NCBI GenBank assembly: GCA_049602735.1
Contig: JBMYRW010000006.1
Span: 5,655-69,654, forward strand
Reading direction: 5' to 3'
DNA from: Thermoplasmatota archaeon
GTDB taxonomy: Archaea; Thermoplasmatota; E2; JACPAO01; JAHFTW01
Length of the DNA: 64,000 nt
Below the pieces are notes generated by a model, which saw only the letters and a program-made list of their open reading frames with translations, was not told the DNA's origin and ran no database searches. Positions 9,325-18,601 of the stretch are shown piece by piece; the stretch's first letter is position 1; each line of letters begins with the position of its first letter. A program made the translations under genes and the position numbers.

Positions 9325-9600
9325 CTACAGTTTGTTGACGATGTGCTGGGCGCAGGCAATCGTCACTTCCTGCAACGTGCCCCCGCGGAACGTGGTGTCC
9401 ACGCACCACATGCTCCAACTACCCGGGCCGGCGCCCTTGGCCGTCTCATACGCGTACCATGCGCAGGCCACGACCATCGGTGTGGGCGGCTTGGGGATCG
9501 GGCCCTCCCAACATTCCAGTTCGGGCTCCGCCTGGGCCCCCGGAAGGGCCGCTAGGCCGACGCTCAGCAACATCACGTTCACCAACAGCACGGTCTTCAA
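9325..9600 (-). CDS. Small secreted cysteine-containing protein
   Basis: TTG start preceded by AGGTGATG (Shine-Dalgarno-like) 5 nt upstream. Signal peptide KTVLLVNVMLLSVGLAALPGAQA. Four Cys in the mature part. Confidence 0.5.
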   Translation of the reverse strand: MKTVLLVNVMLLSVGLAALPGAQAEPELECWEGPIPKPPTPMVVACAWYAYETAKGAGPGSWSMWCVDTTFRGGTLQEVTIACAQHIVNKL

Positions 9601-9682
9601 GGAACATCACCTGCGGCGCGAGGCCGCAAAGAGCAGGAGAAAGAAGGGAGGAGAAAGCCGTTTGCGCGGCCGGGCTGCCAGA

Positions 9683-10924
9683 CTACTGGGGCACTTCGTT
9701 CTCGATCCAGCCACGGATGACCGACTTCGAGAGCGTGCTGAAGGCGGGCAGGATGCCCGGCGTGTAGCCCTGGATCATGATCGACGCCATGTGCTGCTCC
9801 ACGTGGTTGCCGTAATGGTGGTGGGCACCGAAGATGTGGCCCAGCTCGTGGGCAAGCGCGGTCATGTGGAACACGGTGTAGTCCTCAGCCCAGTTGAGCG
9901 GCGTGAACGTGTAACCCACGTCGGGGTGACCGGCGCCACCGATGCAGTTGGCCATGGCGAAGCTGGACTCGCGGCCCGTCACCAGGTTGACCACGTCGCG
10001 CTCGTCGTCGCGCTGGTTCCAGTAGTCCGCCAGGACGCCGAGGGGCGGCTCGGCGGCCGGGTCAGGGAAGTGCTCCATCTCGGTGTGGGCGTGCAGGCCG
10101 GCCAGGCGCAGGCGGACGTCCACCTGCTGCTGGTAGATGCCATCCACCTCGTGCAGCATCGCCGCCAGGATCGGCAGGGTGTCGTCACCCAAGCGGTGGT
10201 ACGCTTCGGCATCGGCGTCCATGATGATGTCGACGACCTGCGTGCCGCCGCTGGCCAGGGGGCCCCAGGCAGCGTACGGCGGCACGAGCTCCAGGCAGTC
10301 GCGGTCGTAGACCATACCGGGGCCATCGAAGGCGACCGGCTGGCTCATGGCGCGCTCCTCGGCCGGCAGCCAGGCACCGTCGCTGGCGCCGCCGCGGCCA
10401 CTGGACTCCGGCCATTCGCCAGGAGGCAGGTTGCCTTCCAGGCCCATGCGGATCAGCTGGTAGCCGGCGCCATCGGAGACGAGGTGACCGGGGCCGACCA
10501 CCTGGTCGAGGGGCAGCACGAGGCCACGAGCCCAGTCGTCGGTGACCGCGAGGCGCACCAGGCGGGTCTCGTCGCCTTCGACGTGGCCTTCGTAGAGGTC
10601 GATGTCAGGCATGGCGACGGGCACATCGTCGATGCGGGCCCAGGTCCCGTTGTCGACCGTCGTGGCCGGCACGAGCACGAAGCTCAGGTCCTCTTCGGCG
10701 CCGGGGTCAGGGTCGCTGCCCGTGAGGCTCGCCACGCTGATCGTCGAGAGGCTCACGGTGCTGCCGGAGCCCACCAGGTCGGCCACTTCAAGGCGGAGAT
10801 CGGTCAGCGCGCCGGGGACGTCAAGGTCCGTACCAGGCGCGGCGGCCTCTTGGACCTCAGGGTCATCGGCAAGGCAACCCGCCAAGGGTGCTAGCACCAG
10901 GAGGGCGAAGACGAGGGGCTTCAT
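9683..10924 (-). CDS. Metzincin-type zinc metalloprotease lipoprotein (reprolysin/M12B-like)
   Basis: Lipobox MKPLVFALLVLAPLAGC. Zinc site HELGHIFGAHHHYG (HExxHxxGxxH). Confidence 0.8.
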   Translation of the reverse strand: MKPLVFALLVLAPLAGCLADDPEVQEAAAPGTDLDVPGALTDLRLEVADLVGSGSTVSLSTISVASLTGSDPDPGAEEDLSFVLVPATTVDNGTWARIDDVPVAMPDIDLYEGHVEGDETRLVRLAVTDDWARGLVLPLDQVVGPGHLVSDGAGYQLIRMGLEGNLPPGEWPESSGRGGASDGAWLPAEERAMSQPVAFDGPGMVYDRDCLELVPPYAAWGPLASGGTQVVDIIMDADAEAYHRLGDDTLPILAAMLHEVDGIYQQQVDVRLRLAGLHAHTEMEHFPDPAAEPPLGVLADYWNQRDDERDVVNLVTGRESSFAMANCIGGAGHPDVGYTFTPLNWAEDYTVFHMTALAHELGHIFGAHHHYGNHVEQHMASIMIQGYTPGILPAFSTLSKSVIRGWIENEVPQ

Positions 10925-10970
10925 GCTGCGCCAGCCACCCTGCTCCCTCTTGAAGCTTCAGGGAGCCGTG

Positions 10971-11369
10971 TCAACGCTCCGCAAGCCTGCGCACGAACTT
11001 GAGCCCGGACCAGACATCGTCCACGGCGCAGACCTTGACATCCACGAGCCCCATGGCCAGACCCAGCTCGCGCACCACGTCACCCGTGAGGTCCGTGGGC
11101 ACCTTGCTCGCCTTCTTGGGCCAGCTCACCCACAGCATGCCCGCGGGCCGCAGCGCGTCGCGTAGGACCGGGAAGCGTTCCTCCAGGACCGCCCGGGTGT
11201 CCGTGAACAGGTGCGCCAGGTCGAGGTCATCGGGGACCTCCAGGTGCGCCGCCTCCTGGGCGATGGTCGCCCTGTGGCTGGCCGGAGCGTCTTCCACGTA
11301 GCACCGGAAGTGAGGCTTGTAGCCCAGCTTGCGGGCCAGCGGCGTACCCGAGTAACCGGCTTCGGCCAT
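10971..11369 (-). CDS. DUF3052 domain-containing protein
   Basis: GYSGTPLARKLGYKP...MLWVSWPKKASKVPTDLT...GLVDVKVCAVDDVWSGLKF matches the DUF3052 pattern. Confidence 0.75.
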   Translation of the reverse strand: MAEAGYSGTPLARKLGYKPHFRCYVEDAPASHRATIAQEAAHLEVPDDLDLAHLFTDTRAVLEERFPVLRDALRPAGMLWVSWPKKASKVPTDLTGDVVRELGLAMGLVDVKVCAVDDVWSGLKFVRRLAER

Positions 11370-11458
11370 GAATCGGAAGCGCCGGCTGAGGTCAAGAGGT
11401 CTTGTGGTCCAGTCATCCTGGGGCTACATCCGGTTTTGAAGGCATCGTATCCCCGAGG

Positions 11459-12385
11459 TCAGACGGCCGTGATCGGCAATGGTACAAACGCGCGGCATTC
11501 GCCTGCTCCCTGGCAATAATCGGCGCCCTCGAGCAGGGGGATGGCGGGCGGCGACGGCATGTGGATGACCGTGACCGTCGGCGCTTGCGGGATCGAGGCT
11601 GTACTCACCCATTGGCCGGCCAACGTGCCCGGGACGTTGGCGAGGGTGCCTACGTAGCCGGCCATGGCGCCGGAGACGCCGCCTCCTTGATGGCGGGATT
11701 GATCAGCCCACCGGAAGCCGTTGGGGAACGCGATGTCGTATCGGGTCAGTGCATCCACCGCCTGCGATAGATCGGGAAGGATCACGTGTGTCCATCCGGC
11801 ACTGGGGACCTCGTACTCGAAGCCCACTACGCGTGGACCGACCTCGACGGGCACGTCCGAGAAAGAAGCATTCTGGATCGTCCACGGATTGATGGTCCAA
11901 TCACATTCGGGCGCCTGGATGCCCATGGACCCCTCAAGCGTCCACGCCACGTCGGAACCGATGGCCAGCACAACGGCCAAGCGGTCCCCTTCGCCGGCTT
12001 CCATGTACGCTAGGTTCTCGTTGAAGGGCCCATCGCGGAAGTCCGCTACAACGGCCCTGACGAAGGGCAATGGGTTGTCCCCATGAACGACTGACCCTGG
12101 TCCAAAGACCCAATAGCGTCCATCAGGCCCGTCCGCGCTCAGATCCAACCTCCATGCCGCCGAGAAACCATCCGTCGGGCAGCCTGATTGCCAGACTAAG
12201 CCCTTCACTTCGCCCGCTTGACCGCTCCAGGTCCAATCATGCGTCTCGCCGGCGGCGACGGTAGCAGGGCCGCTGGCCGGCGCGGCATCGGGCCGTGCAG
12301 CGTCGATGCTGGAGCCGTCCAGGCACCCCGCGAGGGCGAGCGTGAGCAGGATCCCGGCACTGTACAGGTGGGCACGCGTCGTCAA
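11459..12385 (-). CDS. Hypothetical lipoprotein
   Basis: TTG start. Lipobox ILLTLALAGC followed by LDGSSID. 308 aa with no recognisable domain. Confidence 0.6.
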   Translation of the reverse strand: MTTRAHLYSAGILLTLALAGCLDGSSIDAARPDAAPASGPATVAAGETHDWTWSGQAGEVKGLVWQSGCPTDGFSAAWRLDLSADGPDGRYWVFGPGSVVHGDNPLPFVRAVVADFRDGPFNENLAYMEAGEGDRLAVVLAIGSDVAWTLEGSMGIQAPECDWTINPWTIQNASFSDVPVEVGPRVVGFEYEVPSAGWTHVILPDLSQAVDALTRYDIAFPNGFRWADQSRHQGGGVSGAMAGYVGTLANVPGTLAGQWVSTASIPQAPTVTVIHMPSPPAIPLLEGADYCQGAGECRAFVPLPITAV

Positions 12386-12474
12386 AGTAGGCGGCGGAAC
12401 GCCCGGTCGCAGAAAACAGGCGCGCCCCCGGCGGCTCGGACGAGCCTCAAGAACCCGGGGAACGTGCCCGATGC

Positions 12475-12957
12475 GTGGCCCATCACGAGCGCCAATGGCT
12501 CATCCAGAACGTCTGGGGTTGGATCGGCCTGGCGGCTTTGTTGGCCGCGCCGGCCGTCACGCTTGCCAAGGGCGAGCCGCTCGGTCCCTGGCTGCTGCTG
12601 AACGCCGCGGCGCTGGTCCTGTTGGTTTCCATCCACCTACACACGCGGTTGGAGGCCCGCAGCCTCCGCGTCGGGGTCTTTCCGTTGTGGCGACGCACCG
12701 TGGACCTCGGCGCCGTCGAGGCGGCTTGGCCCATCACCTACCGTTTCCGCGACTTCGGTGGCTGGGGCATCCGCTTCGGCGCGGGGGCCGTGGCCTACAG
12801 CATAGCGGGTGACCAGGCGGTGCGGCTGCGCTTGACGGGCGAGAAGCGGGACCTGGTGATCGGCACCCGGGACGCGGGACGCTTGCTGGCAGAGCTGAGC
12901 CTGGCCGGCGTGACGGTTCAGGAGACGGAGCCTGGCGACGACGCGGCGGCGGCCTGA
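12475..12957 (+). CDS. Membrane protein (two N-terminal TM helices plus a soluble C-terminal domain)
   Basis: GTG start. WGWIGLAALLAAPAVTL and WLLLNAAALVLLVSIHL are hydrophobic helices. GC3-rich. Confidence 0.5.
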   Translation: MAHHERQWLIQNVWGWIGLAALLAAPAVTLAKGEPLGPWLLLNAAALVLLVSIHLHTRLEARSLRVGVFPLWRRTVDLGAVEAAWPITYRFRDFGGWGIRFGAGAVAYSIAGDQAVRLRLTGEKRDLVIGTRDAGRLLAELSLAGVTVQETEPGDDAAAA

Positions 12958-13352
12958 CGACGGCGGGCCAAGCGGCCGACGAGGGCGGTGATCGCTGCAA
13001 AGAGGAGCCCCCAGACGACGCCCAGGGCCAGCGCGAAGGCGAAGAACTGTGCGCGGACGGCTGCGTCGACGGCGGCCGGTCCGACGGTGGCATAGTCGGT
13101 GTTGTTGGTGACCAGCGTCACGGCGAAGGCGGCCTGGATGAGCCCCGTGGTGACCCCGGAGACGGCGCCTGCCCAAGCGACGGTACGGGCCGGCATGGCG
13201 GGCGCCCAGCGACGGGCGGCCAGGAGCCATCCGATGCCGAGGGCGGTCCACAGGGAGAGTTCGACGGGGGCGCCATACCAGCCGGTGAGGCTGCCGGCCC
13301 CCATGACGAGACCGACGCTGCCCAGGAGGGCACCCAGGAGCCAGGTGTTCAA
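12918..13352 (-). CDS. Polytopic membrane protein
   Basis: ORF 12918-13568 trimmed to the TTG at 13352, which overlaps the TGA of the upstream gene (GCTTGAAC). Alternative ATG at 13304. About four hydrophobic helices. Confidence 0.5.
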   Translation of the reverse strand: MNTWLLGALLGSVGLVMGAGSLTGWYGAPVELSLWTALGIGWLLAARRWAPAMPARTVAWAGAVSGVTTGLIQAAFAVTLVTNNTDYATVGPAAVDAAVRAQFFAFALALGVVWGLLFAAITALVGRLARRRQAAAASSPGSVS

Positions 13353-14107
13353 GCGACCACCTCGGCGGCGAGGAGCCAGTCGAGTGCGGTGACGGCGTGG
13401 ACGTTGCCCGCCGTGGCGGGGGGCGCGCCGCCGGGGCCTTGGTGGGTGTACAGGATGGGGCCGAAGCCAGCGCTCTGGGACGACGCACCTTCCGCGACGA
13501 CCTTCACGAGGCCGCCGCCGCTCTCGCCGCCCCGATCGCCCGGCGCGGCCTCGTACCAACGGGCCCACAGCTCGGCACCAAAGTCACCGCTGGCCGCCTC
13601 CGTTGGGGCCAGGGGCCGGCTGGTCCAGGTCTCACCGCCGCCCTCGACGGTCACCGTGGCGCCCAAGGGACCCTCCTCGAAGGCGAAGATGGCCGGGACG
13701 ACGCGCGGCCCGGCCGGGTAGGCGGCCTCGAAGCCTGGCGTGGCGAACACCTGGAGCAGGGCCACGTCGGCGCGGTCCGGGTCTGCCAGCTCCGCCGGCG
13801 GCTCCACGTGGACGCCCAGGAACGCCTCGGCTTCGTCGCCGCAACGGGTGACGTGAATCAGGAACGTGGTGAGCCCCGCGTCGTCGGCCACCACCTGGAA
13901 GCCTGGAGGCACGTCGCCTTGGAAGTCCTCGGCGCGGGCGTCGTAGTGCTGGTGCTGCTGGGTGCAGCCCGTCCAGGCGTGGCCGGCTGGGCGATCGGCG
14001 GGGGAGGCAAGATCTTGCGGCGCAGCTTGATCATCGGGCGCGTCGGTGGTGCAGCCGGCCAGCAGCAGGGCGGCCGTGAGGGCAAGGAGCATCGGGGCAT
14101 GGTGCAT
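13349..14107 (-). CDS. Hypothetical lipoprotein
   Basis: Lipobox MLLALTAALLLAGC followed by TTDAPDD. No recognisable domain. Confidence 0.6.
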   Translation of the reverse strand: MHHAPMLLALTAALLLAGCTTDAPDDQAAPQDLASPADRPAGHAWTGCTQQHQHYDARAEDFQGDVPPGFQVVADDAGLTTFLIHVTRCGDEAEAFLGVHVEPPAELADPDRADVALLQVFATPGFEAAYPAGPRVVPAIFAFEEGPLGATVTVEGGGETWTSRPLAPTEAASGDFGAELWARWYEAAPGDRGGESGGGLVKVVAEGASSQSAGFGPILYTHQGPGGAPPATAGNVHAVTALDWLLAAEVVA

Positions 14108-14195
14108 GGGTCCTCCAATGTCTTCGGGGGGTCGACCGCTTCGCCTGCCTCGTTGCGAAAACGACCCCTTTCAAATACCACGTTGATGGGAAGGC

Positions 14196-15065
14196 ATGGA
14201 CGACGCCGACGTGCGCCTGCTGGCCGCCATGCGCCGCGACCCCTTGGGCGCCGTCTCAGGGTGGGCGCGTGAAGCCGGGCTCGGCGATGGCACCGCCCGC
14301 GCTCGGTTGGCCCGTCTGAAGGAAGATGGCGTCGACCGAGGGCTCGCCGCGGTCCCCAATGGCCGGCTCTTCGACAAGGAGGCGCTCGTCTGCATCTACC
14401 CGGAGGCGACCATGCCCTGGGAGGAGACGCTCGGCTGGGACGGGGTCATCGGCGCCAGCGTCAACCACGAGGACGTCCTCGCCCTCACCTGTTGGGTGGA
14501 GCCCGGCGGCCCGCCCCCCGCCGGCGTCGTGGACCGCCTCGGTGAACCGGCCAGGGCCTTCCGACAGGAGGACCCGCCCCTGCAGCCGGCCGGCGCCGCC
14601 CTCTCCCCGCTGCAATGGCGCATCCTGGGCGCCTTCATCGCGGAGCCTCGCCGGGCCCCCGCGGACCTGGCCCGCGACCTCGGTGTTGCCGCCAAGACCG
14701 TGCGCCGCCACCGGGACGCCTTCGTGGCCGGCGGCCACGTCCGTCTCGAACAAGGGCTCTACGCGGCCCGCGGCGACCATGTCCTGTTCCACCTGTACGC
14801 CCAAGGAGCCGGCACCCATCCCCCCGAACCCGTGCGGGCCGCCGTGGCCGGTGACGCCGACGCGTGGGTGGAGCACCTCATCGCCGAACCTCAGGGCGTG
14901 CTGCTCTTCTGCCATGCCCGCAGCCTCGCCGATGCGGCCGCCGCGCCCAAACGGGCCCTCGCCGTGGCCGGCGTGCAGCACGCCGAGCTGGTGATCAGCA
15001 AAGCTGGGGCCTACGATGTGGCCGGATTCGTCGCTGCGGCCGCCGCCCGCGCCTCGACCACCTGA
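14196..15065 (+). CDS. Tandem (two-module) Lrp/AsnC-like winged-helix regulator, paralogue A
   Basis: Two HTH_AsnC-like segments: MDDADVRLLAAMRRDPL...ARLARLKEDGV and LSPLQWRILGAFIAEPRRAPADLARDLGVAAKTVRRHRDAFVAGGHV. Each is followed by a RAM/ACT-like region. Confidence 0.65.
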   Translation: MDDADVRLLAAMRRDPLGAVSGWAREAGLGDGTARARLARLKEDGVDRGLAAVPNGRLFDKEALVCIYPEATMPWEETLGWDGVIGASVNHEDVLALTCWVEPGGPPPAGVVDRLGEPARAFRQEDPPLQPAGAALSPLQWRILGAFIAEPRRAPADLARDLGVAAKTVRRHRDAFVAGGHVRLEQGLYAARGDHVLFHLYAQGAGTHPPEPVRAAVAGDADAWVEHLIAEPQGVLLFCHARSLADAAAAPKRALAVAGVQHAELVISKAGAYDVAGFVAAAAARASTT

Positions 15066-15430
15066 GCCAACAGGGCACGGATGGCCGCTTCAGGCAGGCC
15101 GTCGGCGGGGCGCAGCTTGACGTGCCGCGCGTTCTTGCCGGTCCCCTCGACCTTCAGCGCGCCCGTGGCGTCCTTCTTGACGTGGTGGACGTAGAGCTTG
15201 ACGTGCTCGTCCTCGGGGCTGATCATCGCCAGGACGTCGTTGCGTTCCGCCTGCCAGTACTGGGCGTACCCCATCATCCGAGCGCCTTGCACCGTCTCCT
15301 GGCACTCAGGTAGGGCGTCCACGACGACCGCGCGCACCTCCTTCGTCAGGCGCACGATCTCGTCGGGGTAACCAGCGTGGACGCCGGCCCAATCGGTCGG
15401 GGGCGTCTCGAAGCGGGGCGGCTTGGCCAT
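15011..15430 (-). CDS. DUF1801 (YdhG-like) domain protein
   Basis: EVRAVVVDALPECQETVQG...GYAQYW...HVKLYVHH...KNARHVKL is the typical DUF1801 layout. The 3' end overlaps the convergent gene by 55 nt. Confidence 0.75.
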   Translation of the reverse strand: MAKPPRFETPPTDWAGVHAGYPDEIVRLTKEVRAVVVDALPECQETVQGARMMGYAQYWQAERNDVLAMISPEDEHVKLYVHHVKKDATGALKVEGTGKNARHVKLRPADGLPEAAIRALLAQVVEARAAAAATNPATS

Positions 15431-15480
15431 GCCCCGGCAGCGCAGGCGGCGTTGAAGAGGGCTGGGCCCCGTGCCGACCC

Positions 15481-15888
15481 ATGGCGTTCCCTGACCCCTC
15501 CGTGATCCTCTCGCACATCCTGGTCGTGGCGGACATGCCGCGCACGGTCGCCTGGTACCGGGACGTCCTGGGCGCCAAGCTGTTCCGGGAGTACGGGGGC
15601 ACCACGGCGGTCTTCGAGGTCAACGGTGCCTGGCTCGTCCTCGTGACGGGGGGCGGACCCACGGCGGACAAGCCGGGTATCTCCATGGCCGCACCAGCCC
15701 CCACCGGCCTGGACCGCGTCAGCCACAGCATGACGTTCCGCGTCGCCGACTGCCAGGCCGCCTACGACGAGCTTTCCAGCCGTGGCGCCGAGTTCCTGAC
15801 ACCCCCCGTGGACCACGGCGGCGAGGTGCGGGCGTTCTTCCGCGACCCGGACGGCCACCTGTTCGAGATCAGTGAAGCACGCGGCTAG
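15481..15888 (+). CDS. VOC (glyoxalase/bleomycin-resistance/dioxygenase) family protein
   Basis: ILSHILVVADMPRTVAWYRDVLGAKL...FFRDPDGHLFEI. Confidence 0.85.
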   Translation: MAFPDPSVILSHILVVADMPRTVAWYRDVLGAKLFREYGGTTAVFEVNGAWLVLVTGGGPTADKPGISMAAPAPTGLDRVSHSMTFRVADCQAAYDELSSRGAEFLTPPVDHGGEVRAFFRDPDGHLFEISEARG

Positions 15889-15943
15889 CGCCCGGCGGCC
15901 TTGCTGGCCCGGGATGTTCCAGAACCTTCAACACAGCCTCACC

Positions 15944-16345
15944 ATGGCCCGGCCCGTGCACCTCTCCCGCGTGGCGGCCGTCGCCATGGCCACCCTGACG
16001 CTCTTTGCCGTGATGCCGACCGCCGATGCCGCCCCGTCCGGCCCCGGCGAAGGCCTGCTCCTCTTCCCCGTCGAGGACGGCATCGCCACGGCTTCCTTCG
16101 AGTACAGCCACCGCTTGGGCTTCCGCGAGTTCTGGAGCTTCACCTGGTCCGAGAACGGCGTCGAGCAGTTCACGTGCCTCGCCCGTGGCTCCATCATGAC
16201 GTTCTTCTACGCCATGCCGGACTGTGCCAACCACTTCTACGTGCAGGGCATGGGCGCCGACGGCATGGAGGTCGTGCCCCATGAGGTCGACGTGTACTAC
16301 GCCGGCCAGGGCGGCAAGGGCCTGATGGTCTTCCAGGCCGATTAG
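15944..16345 (+). CDS. Secreted hypothetical protein
   Basis: ORF 15872-16345 trimmed to MARPVHLSRVAAVAMATLTLFAVMPTADA (signal peptide). Confidence 0.5.
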   Translation: MARPVHLSRVAAVAMATLTLFAVMPTADAAPSGPGEGLLLFPVEDGIATASFEYSHRLGFREFWSFTWSENGVEQFTCLARGSIMTFFYAMPDCANHFYVQGMGADGMEVVPHEVDVYYAGQGGKGLMVFQAD

Positions 16346-16737
16346 ACGCCGGACGTCCAGGCGACCCAGCCGGCGAGCGCCGCGACCGGCACGTCGTAGA
16401 CGATGCAGAACGGCACCGTGGCGGGATGAATCTTCGTCGCCAGGGGCCCAGGCTCGTGCAGTAGGTCCCAGAGGGGATGCAGCAGCCACCCGAGGGCGAG
16501 CAGCCACGGTGACCAGACGGACGCCAGCGCCAGCCCGAGCACAGGCACGCCCCCGAGTACCTCGGTGCGCAGATGGCGACGGTCGGGGTCCATGAGCGCC
16601 ATGCCGATGTAGAGGCCGACGGTGAGCCAGAGCAGGCCGGCCAGGAGCGGCAACCGTGCGACCGGGGGCAACGCGAAGGTCACAGCGGCCGTGGCGGCGA
16701 CACCCAGCAGAGCGGCGTAGGTGGGACGAAGGGCCAT
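16342..16737 (-). CDS. Small polytopic membrane protein
   Basis: ATG start. Four hydrophobic helices, for example LLGVAATAAVTFALPPV and LLAGLLWLTVGLYIGMAL. Confidence 0.55.
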   Translation of the reverse strand: MALRPTYAALLGVAATAAVTFALPPVARLPLLAGLLWLTVGLYIGMALMDPDRRHLRTEVLGGVPVLGLALASVWSPWLLALGWLLHPLWDLLHEPGPLATKIHPATVPFCIVYDVPVAALAGWVAWTSGV

Positions 16738-16760
16738 GGGGGAAGGAGCGGAGGAGGGGT

Positions 16761-16790
16761 CAACCGGTTGTCGCTTTGCAGATGCAAAGC
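16761..16790. promoter_or_regulatory. Two adjacent perfect palindromes: CAACCGGTTG and GCTTTGCA-GA-TGCAAAGC
   Basis: Read directly from the sequence. They lie between the SRPBCC stop (16807) and the membrane-protein ATG (16737), both on the minus strand. Confidence 0.45.
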
Positions 16791-16806
16791 ACGGCGCGGT
16801 CGGGGC

Positions 16807-17232
16807 TCAGTCGAGCTTGGCGGCGACGCCGTCGAGCATGCCCTTGATCGCCTTCTTGTTGGCGCCCTTGGCGATCGGGTTGAGCAGGAAGCCCATCTTC
16901 ATGTCGTAGTCCATGACGCAGCTGACGAGGGTCTTGCCGTCCTGTTCCTTGAAGTCGAAGGTGGCGACCATCTTCTTCATCGGGGCCTTGCGGAACGCGA
17001 TGCCGGTGAACTGCATGCGTTCGCCGTCCGTCCACGCGGTCACTTCTTCGGTGATGCCGGCGCCTTTGCCGAACTCGCAGGAGCGCTGGGCGCCGACGCC
17101 GTCCTTCTTGTTCTCGCGCTTGGACGATTCGATGCCGGGGCTGATCTCCTGGACGTTGCCGATGTCGGCGAAGACGTTCCAGACCTTCTCTTTCGGAGCA
17201 TCATACTGGCGGGCGACCGCGACGAGTGCCAT
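16807..17232 (-). CDS. SRPBCC (START/polyketide-cyclase-like) family protein, paralogue 1
   Basis: ORF trimmed to MALVAVARQYDAPKEKVWNVFADIGNVQEISPGI..., a typical SRPBCC N-terminus. Similar to the genes at 21134 and 33076. Confidence 0.8.
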   Translation of the reverse strand: MALVAVARQYDAPKEKVWNVFADIGNVQEISPGIESSKRENKKDGVGAQRSCEFGKGAGITEEVTAWTDGERMQFTGIAFRKAPMKKMVATFDFKEQDGKTLVSCVMDYDMKMGFLLNPIAKGANKKAIKGMLDGVAAKLD

Positions 17233-17352
17233 CGACGCGGCGACACGAGGCCGGGGGCTTGAAGGTTGTCGCAGGAGCATTGGCTAACGGACCAGCGCAC
17301 GCGCGACGCGCGACGCGCAACACGGAAGCCGTCCACCGTCGTGCGGCAGCCC

Positions 17353-18099
17353 ATGGCACCAGGGGCCGGCCAGGAACGTCTGTGGCTGACGCAGCCACGG
17401 CGGGCGACCTGCCTGACCGAGGTGCAGGAGGTGCAAGGGGACCGGTTCCGTGTGGACCGGGCGCTGTTCGCTCCTCGGAGCCGCGCCTGCCGGCACCCTC
17501 AACCGGCCGACAAGGGGACGGTCTGGGTGGAGGGGGAGAAGCGCCGCCTGGCCGGCGTCATGGACGACCCGGCGGACGGCCAGGTGTGGTACCGTCTCCG
17601 TGGCACGGTGCCCGATGTGGGGGCGCGGTTGCAGTGCGAGATTGACGCCAAGACGAGGAATCTGGCCAGCCGCGCCCATACGGCGTTGCACCTGTGGTTG
17701 CTGGCGAGCCCGACCGACCTGCCGCCCCTCGTGGCCGACCCGGAGGTGCGTGGCGGGGGCCATTTCCGCCTGACGTATGCCTGGACGGTGGCGCCCGCGG
17801 TGCTGGCGGACCAGGTGAAGCGTTGCCAGGCGGCGATCGCCCGGGATGTGCCCTTGGAGCATCGCTACGTGACCCGGGACGAGGCGAAGCACCTGGCGTA
17901 CCGGCAGCCGTTCCAGCCGCCGGACCCGCTGCCGGGGCCCGATCCCTTGCCCTTGGTGGGTATCGGCGACGTCTGGCTGCCTTGCGACGGGACCCACGTG
18001 GACCGGACGGGGCGCATCGGGGGGATCGTGGTCTCCCATGCCCGTGGTGGCCGCGAGGGGTTCGTGGTGGGTGGGCGCGTGATGGAACCCCGGGCCTGA
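17353..18099 (+). CDS. AlaX-like alanyl-tRNA editing / metal-dependent hydrolase (tRNA_SAD fold)
   Basis: ORF 17266-18099 trimmed to the ATG at 17353. Zinc motifs HTALHLW (HxxxH) and LPCDGTHV (CxxxH). Confidence 0.6.
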   Translation: MAPGAGQERLWLTQPRRATCLTEVQEVQGDRFRVDRALFAPRSRACRHPQPADKGTVWVEGEKRRLAGVMDDPADGQVWYRLRGTVPDVGARLQCEIDAKTRNLASRAHTALHLWLLASPTDLPPLVADPEVRGGGHFRLTYAWTVAPAVLADQVKRCQAAIARDVPLEHRYVTRDEAKHLAYRQPFQPPDPLPGPDPLPLVGIGDVWLPCDGTHVDRTGRIGGIVVSHARGGREGFVVGGRVMEPRA

Positions 18100-18171
18100 T
18101 TTGCTCGAAGCCCAAACGTTCCAGTTTCGGTAAAGACTAAGAAGAGTTCCAACTTTGGCAAAATCGAGCCC

Positions 18172-18534
18172 ATGCCGATCCGCAACACGCTCCTAGCATC
18201 CCTGGCCGCCATCGCCTTGCTGGCCGCCACCACGCCTGTTGACGCCCACGACCAGGTCCAGGAGTTCACCTGCCTACTGGGCTACGAACACAACCACGGC
18301 CTCACCAGCCACGACCACCACGACCTGGGCACCTGCTACCTGGCCTTCAACATCGAAGCACTCCAGGTCGAATACTGGGAAGAGACCAACGGGCTCGAAG
18401 GGCTGCAGAAGCACGCCACCATGGTCGACGGTGTCCACTACGACGCTGACAACTTCGTCGGCGACAACGTGGGCGGCACCGGAGGCCCCCTCGAGAACCC
18501 CTCCGGCAGCGGCCACGGCGGCCACGAGCACTGA
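18172..18534 (+). CDS. Secreted histidine-rich protein
   Basis: Signal peptide MPIRNTLLASLAAIALLAATTPVDA. His clusters YEHNHGLTSHDHHD and GSGHGGHEH. Confidence 0.55.
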   Translation: MPIRNTLLASLAAIALLAATTPVDAHDQVQEFTCLLGYEHNHGLTSHDHHDLGTCYLAFNIEALQVEYWEETNGLEGLQKHATMVDGVHYDADNFVGDNVGGTGGPLENPSGSGHGGHEH

Positions 18535-18601
18535 ACCTGACGTTCATCCAACCAACCACCACCCAACCTTGACCCACCTTTTCCCCCTTCGACCCTGATT
18601 C

